A stretch of DNA of 64,000 nt from Candidatus Zipacnadia bacterium (lineage in GTDB: Bacteria > Armatimonadota > Zipacnadia > Zipacnadales > UBA5352): NCBI GenBank assembly GCA_029820295.1, contig JALGVA010000003.1:4161-68160 (forward strand). The letters are read 5' to 3'. How positions within the stretch are numbered: position 1 is the stretch's first letter; each line of letters starts with the position of its first letter. A model generated the notes under the pieces. It was not told the DNA's origin, searched no databases, and saw only the letters and a list, made by a program, of their open reading frames with translations. The position numbers and the translations under genes were made by a program. Of the stretch, positions 37,857 through 48,514 are shown piece after piece.

Positions 37857-38648
37857 ATGAGCCAGGCAATCCGCTACGCCGTGTTCACCAAGCCGTGGAA
37901 GACCATGCCGCTTCCGGAGCTGGCGGCGCACATCGCCGACCTGGGCTTCACCGGCGTCGAGTTCCCCATCCGCCCCGAGTTCCAGGTCGAGCCTGAGAAC
38001 GTCACCGAGGGCCTGCCCGAGGCCGCCAGGATCTTCGCCGATCACGGAGTGACCATCGAGAGCATCGCCGGGCCGACCGATGAGATGACCATCGCGGCCT
38101 GCGCCGAGGTCGGCGTGCCGATCATCCGCATCTGCCTGCCCATCGGCCCGGAGGGCTACCTCGCCACCGAGGCGCGCTATCAGCGCGAGTTCGCGGAGCT
38201 GGCGCCCGTGCTCGCCGAGTACGGTGTCGCCGTGGGCATCCAGAACCACTGCAACAACCAGGTGGGGAGCTGCCTCGGCGTCATGCGCCTGATCGCCGAC
38301 TACCCGCCTGAGCAGTTCTGCATGGTCTGGGACGCCGCGCACAATGTGCTGGCGGGCGAGATCCCCGAGCAGGCCATCGACATCTGCTGGTCGCACCTGC
38401 GCATGGTCAACCTGAAGAGCCCCTGGTGGATGCGCGCCAACGGCTTCGAGTCCGCGCGCGCTGAGTGGAGGCTCATGTGGACCACCGGCCGGCAGGGGAT
38501 CGCGCCGTGGCCGCGCGTGGTCGAGCAGCTCAAGGCGCGCGAGTGGTCCGGGCCCGTCTGCCTGACCGCGGAGTACTCCGACCACGACGCCGTGGACCGT
38601 GCCGTCGCCGATGACATCGCCTACGCCAGGGAGCTGTTCGAGGGCTGA
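37857..38648 (+). CDS. Sugar phosphate isomerase/epimerase (xylose-isomerase-like TIM barrel)
   Basis: GFTGVE, IQNH, WDAAH, VNLK, LTAEY. Confidence 0.8.
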   Translation: MSQAIRYAVFTKPWKTMPLPELAAHIADLGFTGVEFPIRPEFQVEPENVTEGLPEAARIFADHGVTIESIAGPTDEMTIAACAEVGVPIIRICLPIGPEGYLATEARYQREFAELAPVLAEYGVAVGIQNHCNNQVGSCLGVMRLIADYPPEQFCMVWDAAHNVLAGEIPEQAIDICWSHLRMVNLKSPWWMRANGFESARAEWRLMWTTGRQGIAPWPRVVEQLKAREWSGPVCLTAEYSDHDAVDRAVADDIAYARELFEG

Positions 38649-39847
38649 TGCCCAGCACTGAGGGCACCTATCTGGTCAACCACGCGACGCGCCCGCTGCG
38701 CTTCGGCGAGGTCAACCTGATCAACCCGCCGCGGCGCGAGCGGCGCGGGCTACCCGCGCGTGAGGGCATCCTGTGCCGAACCGTCTGCACCGGCTTCTGC
38801 GGGACCGACTGGGAGCTGATGCAGATGGGCGCACGCGGGGAGCTGACGCCCAAGTTCCCCGCCGGCCAGCAGCGGCTCATCAACGGACACGAGGGCGTCG
38901 TCTGGGTACCCGAGCAGCAGCGCTACGCGATCGTGCTCATCCGCGGCGGGGACGCGTGGGACCCGAGCCGCTTCGAGGCCGACGAGAGCTACTTCGAGTA
39001 CGGCTGCGACGGCGCCGACGGGCTGATGAGCCGCGAGGGCTATTACCATCCTGAGATGCTGCTGACCATCCCGGCCGAGCACCTGCCGCCCGGTGAGCTG
39101 CTCGCGCGGCGGCTGGCGGCGCGGCTGGTCTTCTGCGACCCGATGGCCTGCATGCTCTTCCAGCGCGAGCGCATCGAGGACCTGCTGATCGGCCACAACT
39201 GGCGGCTCTATGCCGCGCGTGGGCTCGAGCGCGAGGCGGCGATGGACTGGGCGGTCACCGACGGCTTCGCGCGCGTGGTCATCTACGGCCTGGGCGGCGC
39301 CGGCATCCTGGGTGCCATCGCCATCCGCGAGAAGTACCCGCAGGCGCGCATCGTCACCGTCGGGCGCTCGGAGCCGGGCGGCGACAGGGACGGCTTCCTC
39401 GCGAAGCACTGGCCGGGGATCGAGTACGTGCAGACCCGCGCAAGCGCACAGCAGACGGCGGATGCCATCGCGACGGCGCTGGGCGGGCGGCCGAGGGTGT
39501 TCATCGGCGCCTCGGGCAACGCAATCGAGGCCGAGATCGCCTTCGACTGCGGGCTGCTCGACAACAATGGCATCTACGCCAGCTTCAGCCTGGGCCCGCG
39601 TGTGAGCTACGACACCATGCCCTTCGGCTTCCGCAACCAGCTCATCTTCGGGGCCATCAACTTCCGGCGCGACCATATGGAGGCGGCCATCGAGCTGCTG
39701 TGCCGACTGCCGGTCGACGAGCTGGTGCGCGAGCGACTGCTCGACGACCTGGCCGCCGACCCGATCGCGTTCTACCACGACGTCTACCGGGGCCCCGACC
39801 GGCCGCTCAAGACGATGGTGGCGTGGGACCGGGAAATGATGGAGTAG
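38648..39847 (+). CDS. Zn-dependent medium-chain dehydrogenase (glucose-dehydrogenase-like)
   Basis: CGTD and GHE catalytic Zn ligands; YGLGGAG Rossmann motif; coupled to the upstream gene. Confidence 0.7.
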   Translation: MPSTEGTYLVNHATRPLRFGEVNLINPPRRERRGLPAREGILCRTVCTGFCGTDWELMQMGARGELTPKFPAGQQRLINGHEGVVWVPEQQRYAIVLIRGGDAWDPSRFEADESYFEYGCDGADGLMSREGYYHPEMLLTIPAEHLPPGELLARRLAARLVFCDPMACMLFQRERIEDLLIGHNWRLYAARGLEREAAMDWAVTDGFARVVIYGLGGAGILGAIAIREKYPQARIVTVGRSEPGGDRDGFLAKHWPGIEYVQTRASAQQTADAIATALGGRPRVFIGASGNAIEAEIAFDCGLLDNNGIYASFSLGPRVSYDTMPFGFRNQLIFGAINFRRDHMEAAIELLCRLPVDELVRERLLDDLAADPIAFYHDVYRGPDRPLKTMVAWDREMME

Positions 39848-39963
39848 GGCCGGGAACCGGGTAACGGCAACCGGGAACGGCAGACGACATGCGGCAGTTG
39901 ACGGCGGCGGCGTGACGCAGACGTGCCGGGACATGAGGCGGATTGTCCGGGAGGCGAGGGCGC

Positions 39964-40695
39964 ATGACCGCGGCGATCGTGTTGACGCTCATCCTCAACG
40001 GTCAGCAGCCATTCATCGCGAAGCCGATCATGGCCGGGACCGATGCGCAGGGAACGCAGCGCATCGCGGTCCCGGTGCGCAATGTCTTCGAGGCCGCGGG
40101 CTTCGTGGTCGAGTACCGCGACGGGGCCGTCGATGTCACCGGCTACGCCGACCGCCTGCCTGAGGGCCGGCGCCTGGTGCGCCGAGGCAGGCTCTTCCTC
40201 GACCGGCCCGCAGTGCGCTGCGAGGAGTACACGGCGGACCTGCCCTTCCCGGTCGAGACCATCGACGGCACGCTCTATGCCCCGGCCATCGTCCTGCGCA
40301 TCATCGCCGGTGGCGACCTCTCCGCCGACCTCGACGCCGGCACATTGCGGTGGGACCTCCACGCGCCCGACGATCCGCCGACCATGTCGATCGGCGATCT
40401 GCTCGCGGACCTGCCCCGCTGGCTGCACCGGCGCGTGCGCATCGAGGGCGCCTTCGTTGGGAGCGAGGGTGATCCGGCGCATGCCACCACCAGCATCGGC
40501 GCACCCGCGCCGGGTGCATGGGCGGTCGCGGACGGGAGCGGCGCGATCTACTGCACCGACGTGATCGTCGTGAGCAGGACATTCGTGCAGGACCCGGGCC
40601 TGGAGTTCGCCCGGCGCGTGGCGGTCGAGGGCGTGGTGCGGCCGGGCTGGGGAGGACTGCCGTACCTGTCGCAGGCCGAGGCCATCCCCCTGTAG
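39964..40695 (+). CDS. Copper-amine-oxidase N-terminal (stalk)-like domain protein with possible C-terminal OB fold
   Basis: VPVRNVFEAAGFVVEY and IDGTLYAP motifs. Confidence 0.55.
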   Translation: MTAAIVLTLILNGQQPFIAKPIMAGTDAQGTQRIAVPVRNVFEAAGFVVEYRDGAVDVTGYADRLPEGRRLVRRGRLFLDRPAVRCEEYTADLPFPVETIDGTLYAPAIVLRIIAGGDLSADLDAGTLRWDLHAPDDPPTMSIGDLLADLPRWLHRRVRIEGAFVGSEGDPAHATTSIGAPAPGAWAVADGSGAIYCTDVIVVSRTFVQDPGLEFARRVAVEGVVRPGWGGLPYLSQAEAIPL

Positions 40696-40714
40696 AGCGA
40701 TCGGAGGCGGTTCG

Positions 40715-41557
40715 ATGCGGCTGGACGCGCACGTTCACTTCTGGCGCTACGACGAGGCCGAGTATCCGTGGATCGACGAGTCGATGGCCGCCATCCGCCG
40801 CGACTTCCTGCCGCCGGACTGGCAGGAAGTCGCCGGGCCGCTGGGCTTCGACGGGCTGATCGCGGTCCAGGCGCGCCAGACCGTCGAGGAGACCCAGTGG
40901 CTGCTCGAGCTGGCCGACGAACACCCGCAGGTCGTGGGCGTCGTCGGCTGGGCGGACCTGCGCAGCCCCGCGCTTGACGAGCAGCTCGATATCCTCGCCG
41001 ACCACACCAGGCTCGTGGGCCTCCGCCACGTGCTACAGTCCGAGCCCGATCCGAACTACATGCTCGATGATCTGTTCCTGCGCGGCATCGCGCGCGTCGG
41101 GCACCACGGCCTGGTCTACGACATCCTCATCGTCGCCCGGCAGCTCCCCGCGGCCATCGAGATGGTCGGGCACTTCCCGCGCCAGCGCTTCGTGCTCAAC
41201 CACATCGCCAAGCCCGACATCCGCGCGGGCGAGATGGAGCCGTGGGCGACGAACCTGCACCGCCTCGCCGGGCACGAGAACACGTACTGCAAGCTCTCGG
41301 GGATGGCGACCGAAAGCGACTGGGAGGGCTGGACGCCCGACGACCTGCACGCCTACCTCGATGTCGTGCTGGACGCCTTCGGCCACGAGCGGCTGATGAT
41401 CGGCTCGGACTGGCCGGTATGCCTGGTGGCGGGGAGCTACGCGCGGGTCATGGGCGTGGTGATGTCGTGGATGCACACGCTGCCCGAGGACGCCCAGCGC
41501 GGGATCCTGGGCGCGAACTGCGCGCGGGCGTACGGGGTGCAGCCCCAGACTGCATAG
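40715..41557 (+). CDS. Amidohydrolase_2 family (L-fuconolactonase-like)
   Basis: DAHVHFW, GLRH, NHIAKP, CKLSG, GSDWPV. Confidence 0.88.
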   Translation: MRLDAHVHFWRYDEAEYPWIDESMAAIRRDFLPPDWQEVAGPLGFDGLIAVQARQTVEETQWLLELADEHPQVVGVVGWADLRSPALDEQLDILADHTRLVGLRHVLQSEPDPNYMLDDLFLRGIARVGHHGLVYDILIVARQLPAAIEMVGHFPRQRFVLNHIAKPDIRAGEMEPWATNLHRLAGHENTYCKLSGMATESDWEGWTPDDLHAYLDVVLDAFGHERLMIGSDWPVCLVAGSYARVMGVVMSWMHTLPEDAQRGILGANCARAYGVQPQTA

Positions 41558-41775
41558 GTCGGGCTTGCAGGGCCGACGTGGTACGGCAGCCGGCCGGGAG
41601 GGCGCGCAGATCCTCCCCTCCCGAACGGCACCAAGTGGGCGCGCTGGGAAGCGCCCTCGTCCGTACGCCCCCCCCCGAGATGCAGCGCATCTCCCCGGGC
41701 CCGACCTCACCATGGGGACGCGGCTTCAGACCAGCCGTTCCCGGTTGCCGGTTGCCCGTTCCCGGTTCCCGTCCC

Positions 41776-42777
41776 TTACTGCTCCCGCAGCACCTCGATC
41801 ATCGCCATGATGTTCTCGGGCTTCGCGTCGCCGGGGATGGAGTGGGCGGGCGAGCAGATGTAGCCGCCGCCCTCCCCCACCTCACGCAGCAGTCGCCCCA
41901 CCTCCGCACGGACGTCGTCGGGCGTGCCGTAGGGCAGCAGCTTCTGCGTGCTCACCCCGCCCCAGAACGCCAGCCGGTCGCCATAGAGGCGCTTCATCTC
42001 GTACGGGTCCATGACCTCGGGCTGGAAGGGGTTGAAGCAGTCGAGCCCGATCTCGATCAGTTGCCCGAAGACCTCCTGCACGTGGCCGCACGAGTGGATC
42101 GAGACGAACTTGCCGGCCGCCCTGGCGGTCCCGTACATCCGCTCCAGCCGCGGCATCAGGAAGCGCTCCCACAGCGCCGGGCCCATCATCAGCCCGCGCT
42201 GGGAGCCCCAGTCGTCGCCGAAGTGCACCACATCGATGTCGAACTGCACCGCGCGTTGCACGAGCGCAACGTTGTAGTCGCAGATGCGGTCGAGCAGTTC
42301 ATCGACGAACTCCGGGGCCTCGACCATGTCCACGAACAGCGCATCCATCCCGCGCAACGTCCACGCGCGCTCGAACAGCGAGAAGCCGATGCTGAACTGG
42401 ATACACCGGTCGGTGGCGGCGGCCACCGCCTCGCCGAAGCCCTCCCAGCGCAGCGGGTCATCGGGGTCGGGCAGGCGCAGGCCGCTCAGGTCGCGCTCGG
42501 GGAGCACGCGGTTGCACACGATGCCGATGTCGCGATCAACCGAGCGGTCCCACCGTACGCCGAACTCGTCCTGCCACGTGTTCTCGTCGATCCAGCCTTC
42601 CAACGGCCCGGGCTTCGCGGCCACGCCCGCGAAGCAGTTGTCGATGAGCGCGAAGACACTGTCGCCGTAGGCCTCGACCATGGCCGCACGGGCGCGCTGG
42701 GTGAAGCCGATCTGGTAGGGGACGCGGTCGGGCTGCCGGTGGCGCAGCGCGGCGATCACGCGCTCACGGTTGGTCAT
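41776..42777 (-). CDS. Uroporphyrinogen decarboxylase (URO-D/MtaA) family protein
   Basis: PDRVP, DEFGV, GDDWG, HSCG, FWGGVSTQ, GGYICSPAH. Confidence 0.85.
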   Translation of the reverse strand: MTNRERVIAALRHRQPDRVPYQIGFTQRARAAMVEAYGDSVFALIDNCFAGVAAKPGPLEGWIDENTWQDEFGVRWDRSVDRDIGIVCNRVLPERDLSGLRLPDPDDPLRWEGFGEAVAAATDRCIQFSIGFSLFERAWTLRGMDALFVDMVEAPEFVDELLDRICDYNVALVQRAVQFDIDVVHFGDDWGSQRGLMMGPALWERFLMPRLERMYGTARAAGKFVSIHSCGHVQEVFGQLIEIGLDCFNPFQPEVMDPYEMKRLYGDRLAFWGGVSTQKLLPYGTPDDVRAEVGRLLREVGEGGGYICSPAHSIPGDAKPENIMAMIEVLREQ

Positions 42778-42811
42778 CAAGCGGGCTGCTCCTCCGTAGC
42801 GGCAATGGGAA

Positions 42812-42838
42812 ACGGGAGGGCCGCCAGGGCCCTCCCGT
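42812..42838 (-). terminator. Intrinsic terminator-like hairpin
   Basis: 11-bp stem ACGGGAGGGCC/GGCCCTCCCGT with a short T run on the minus strand. Confidence 0.6.
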
Positions 42839-42869
42839 GTGTTTCCTCGTATCTCGGGCGTTGCCTGCG

Positions 42870-43334
42870 TCAGATCGGGAACTTGATGTTCGCCGAGATG
42901 CCGACGCCGTCCACGCCTCTGATGTTGCGGGTCAGGTCGCGCCTCGTGGTGACCGGTATCAGACCGCGCCCGCGGAAGTCGCCGATGTTCAGCTCGATCT
43001 CGGCGACGGCCTCGACCTTCTGCACCTGCTGCTGGGGCCCCATCACCTGCGCGGCACCGACGGCCACGCCGGAGCCCACGCGCAGGATCGGCACCACCCT
43101 GGTAGAACCCGCGATCTGCGCCTCTTGCTGCCCGAGCAGGCCGTTGATCGCGTTGTCGATGTCGCCCGCGAACTGCTTGACCACCCAGCCGATGCCGAAG
43201 ATCTTGACCAGGTCGCCCAGCGCGCCGCCCAGATCGAGACCGCGGGCGGGCTGGGGGCCGACGGCCATGCCCAGCACGAAGGCCCACACGACCACGAGGA
43301 CGGCCACATTGCGCATCTTCGTATCCATTCTCAT
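42870..43334 (-). CDS. Secreted hypothetical protein
   Basis: Signal peptide; GAGGAGG RBS; C-domain paralogous to the upstream gene. Confidence 0.75.
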   Translation of the reverse strand: MRMDTKMRNVAVLVVVWAFVLGMAVGPQPARGLDLGGALGDLVKIFGIGWVVKQFAGDIDNAINGLLGQQEAQIAGSTRVVPILRVGSGVAVGAAQVMGPQQQVQKVEAVAEIELNIGDFRGRGLIPVTTRRDLTRNIRGVDGVGISANIKFPI

Positions 43335-43355
43335 TTCTGTCGCCTCCTCGTTGGT

Positions 43356-44165
43356 CTAGAGTTCGACCTCGAGGTCGCCGAGGGCGGTCACGCCGACTTC
43401 CTGGACGCGATCCAGCCCCCCGGGCCCCGGCCGATCCGTGGTGATGGGCACGTAGACGTCGATCTCCAGGTAGTTCCTGAAGTGCGTCTCAAGCTGTGCC
43501 ACGCCCTGCACCTGAGCCACCTTGGACTCCGGGCCATTGATGCGCGCGGCGCCGATCTTGACACCTTCCAGGACACTGATGATCGGCACGATCTTGTCGG
43601 AGTACGGCTCGCTCGGGGTCCAGGTGCCCGACTGCGCCGCGCCCTCGCCGGGCGTGGCGCCCGTCGCGCCGGTGCCCGCCGGGGGCATCTCGGGTCCGGC
43701 CCCGAGTGCCATCATGATGTTGTCGCGCCACGCCTGAGCCAGGCCCATGGCGGTTGAGTCCAGCGCGGCCGCCTCCTCGGCGTTGGCCGTGACCAGAAGC
43801 TGGCCAGCGGCGCGCAGCTCGGCGTCGCCGTAGGCGCCTTCACGGACCGCCAGATCGTAGGGCGAGAAGGGCCCCGCGACCCAGCGCCGGATGCGGTCGG
43901 CGACGATCGTCGCGCGTTCGTGCGCGGTGAACCCACCGGACGCAGTGCGCATGCGGATGACTACAGTCCCGTTCACGAGCACTTCGCCGACGGGCCGGCC
44001 GCCGATCTGGGCGGCTTGGTCGGTCACGGTCGGAGACCCGTTCTCTGCCCAGGCGGGTGACGGGCCTGCTGTCGCATGCGTGCCCAGCCAGAACGCGCCA
44101 CCTGCGAGGGTGAGGACGAGGGCGGCATAGCCCACGCCTCTCCCGATTGACTTCCACCTGTCCAA
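43356..44165 (-). CDS. Secreted/membrane-anchored hypothetical protein
   Basis: N-terminal hydrophobic segment; TTG start after AGGAGGT (ATG at 44183 is an alternative). Confidence 0.72.
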   Translation of the reverse strand: MDRWKSIGRGVGYAALVLTLAGGAFWLGTHATAGPSPAWAENGSPTVTDQAAQIGGRPVGEVLVNGTVVIRMRTASGGFTAHERATIVADRIRRWVAGPFSPYDLAVREGAYGDAELRAAGQLLVTANAEEAAALDSTAMGLAQAWRDNIMMALGAGPEMPPAGTGATGATPGEGAAQSGTWTPSEPYSDKIVPIISVLEGVKIGAARINGPESKVAQVQGVAQLETHFRNYLEIDVYVPITTDRPGPGGLDRVQEVGVTALGDLEVEL

Positions 44166-44251
44166 ACGACACCACCTCCTCATTCGACCCGCGTCAGGCA
44201 GGCCGTGCGAACGTCGTCAACGGGCCGGCAACATCCCGCTCTTCTTCGAAG

Positions 44252-44278
44252 ATTCGGCATCCGCCGCCGAACTCCTGC
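44252..44278 (-). promoter_or_regulatory. sigmaH-like promoter
   Basis: GCAGGAGTT-N11-GCCGAAT, close to the B. subtilis sigmaH consensus. Confidence 0.5.
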
Positions 44279-44316
44279 ACCGGCATCTTACCCGACCGGC
44301 CCGCGCACGAACCCCC

Positions 44317-44343
44317 AAAGGGCAACGGGCGCGTGCGGCGAAT
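44317..44343 (+). promoter_or_regulatory. sigmaH-like promoter
   Basis: AAAGGGCAA-N11-GGCGAAT, divergent partner of the previous site. Confidence 0.35.
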
Positions 44344-44377
44344 GACCAGACTCGGGAGTGAAGGGAGGTCACAGCAG

Positions 44378-45154
44378 ATGGGACGTCGGGTAACGATTGC
44401 GGTGGCGGCGCTGCTGGCGGTGAGCGCCGCATACGCGCAGCAACCCTCCTCGCGGGACGTGCTCTATCAGACATCGACCATCGGCGCCCTGCTTCAGGGC
44501 GTGTACGACGGGCGCATGACCATCGGGGATCTGCGCGCGCACGGTGATCTCGGCCTGGGCACCGTCAACGCCCTCGACGGCGAGCTGATCGTCCTCGACG
44601 GCCGGTTCCTCACGGTCGATGCCGAGGGGGCCGTGCATGAACTCGATGACGCCGCGCAGACGCCCTTTGCCGCGGTCACATGGTTCGGGGCCGACGCGGA
44701 GCAGCGCATCGAGGACGTGCCCGACCTCGCGGCGCTGCAGAGCCTCATCGACCGCATGCTGCCCACGCCGAATCTGTGCTACGCGATCCGCATCACGGGG
44801 GACTTCGGCTACGTAAGGACGCGCAGCGTGCCGCGCCAGGAGCGCCCCTACCCGCCGCTGGCCCAGGTCGTCGCGGAGCAACCGATCTTCGAGTTCGCGG
44901 AGTGCACGGGCACGCTCGTGGGCTTCCGCCTGCCGGAGTTCATCAGCGGCGTGAACGTGCCCGGCTACCACCTGCACTTCCTGACCGGGGCGCTCGACGG
45001 CGGCGGTCATCTGCTCGAGTGCCGCATCACCCAGGCGCTCATCGAGATCGATCGCACCGAAGGCCTCATGCTCGCCCTGCCCACGACTCGCGACTTCTAC
45101 GAGTGGCGCCAGGCCGGCGATGACGAGGCGACGCTGGAGGCGGTGGAGCGGTAG
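44378..45154 (+). CDS. budA: Alpha-acetolactate decarboxylase with signal peptide
   Basis: LYQTSTIGALLQGVYDG, GLGT...LDGE, RTRSVP, GYHLHFL, GGH. Confidence 0.9.
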   Translation: MGRRVTIAVAALLAVSAAYAQQPSSRDVLYQTSTIGALLQGVYDGRMTIGDLRAHGDLGLGTVNALDGELIVLDGRFLTVDAEGAVHELDDAAQTPFAAVTWFGADAEQRIEDVPDLAALQSLIDRMLPTPNLCYAIRITGDFGYVRTRSVPRQERPYPPLAQVVAEQPIFEFAECTGTLVGFRLPEFISGVNVPGYHLHFLTGALDGGGHLLECRITQALIEIDRTEGLMLALPTTRDFYEWRQAGDDEATLEAVER

Positions 45155-45300
45155 CGGGCGAGGCAACCCAATGGCGACCATCACCACCGTGCACTTCGCT
45201 GGTGCCGCCGCCGTGCGCACGGCAGGCCGTCACGAGTTGCTCGCCGAAGACTTGGGTACGGAGCAACCGATCTCCTGTGCGGATGCGAGGTAGGCTGGCG

Positions 45301-47677
<2,377 letters not shown>

Positions 47678-47698
47678 TGGGATGACCGGAGGAGGGCG

Positions 47699-48403
47699 AT
47701 GGGGATGGAGGACAGGAGCGTGCACGAGTTCACCTCGGCGAAGCAGTTGAGCCGCGCCGCGGCAGCGGCCATCGCGGGCGATCTGCGTCGGGGGATGGAG
47801 CAGAGGGATGCGACCATCGCGCTGTCAGGCGGAGAGACGCCGCGAGACACCTACCGCCGGCTGGCCGATGGCGACCTGCCATGGGAGCGCATCCAGGTCT
47901 ACTGGGCCGATGAGCGCTACGTGCCACACGATTCGGGAGACAGCAACTACCGCATGGCGCGCGAGACACTGCTGGACCTGGTGCCCATCCCCGAGTGCAA
48001 CGTCCACTCGATGCCGACGGATGCGCCGCATCCGGAGGATGCGGCCGGCGCGTACGAGGAAGCGCTGTGGGATCAATTCGGCGAGGGCCTCGGCTTCGAC
48101 GTGATCGTGCTGGGCATCGGCGGTGACGGACACGTCGCCTCGCTCTTCCCCGGCTCATCGGCGCTGGGCGAGAGGGAACGCCGGGTGGTGCCATCTGAGG
48201 CGCCGGACGAGCCCAGGCAGCGCCTGACGCTCACGCTGCCCGTCATCAACGCCGCGCGCGCCGTGCACTTCCTGGTGACCGGCGCGAGCAAGCACCGAGC
48301 GCTGCGCTGCGCGCTCGATGGCGGTGATTGCCCGGCGGCGCTGGTGCAGCCGACGGGCGGCACACTCACCTGGTGGGTGGACGCAGCCGCAATGCATGGG
48401 TAG
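47699..48403 (+). CDS. pgl: 6-phosphogluconolactonase
   Basis: LSGGETP, DERYVP, SNY, LGIGGDGHVASLFP. Confidence 0.92.
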   Translation: MGMEDRSVHEFTSAKQLSRAAAAAIAGDLRRGMEQRDATIALSGGETPRDTYRRLADGDLPWERIQVYWADERYVPHDSGDSNYRMARETLLDLVPIPECNVHSMPTDAPHPEDAAGAYEEALWDQFGEGLGFDVIVLGIGGDGHVASLFPGSSALGERERRVVPSEAPDEPRQRLTLTLPVINAARAVHFLVTGASKHRALRCALDGGDCPAALVQPTGGTLTWWVDAAAMHG

Positions 48404-48514
48404 GTGCAGGCAGGTATGAGCCATGCGCTGGTGAAGAACCCTACGAGAGGCGTGTCGTTCGTGTGCCGCCGTACTCCGGCGGCACGCACTCTTCCAGGGG
48501 CCCGGCTGATGGTG

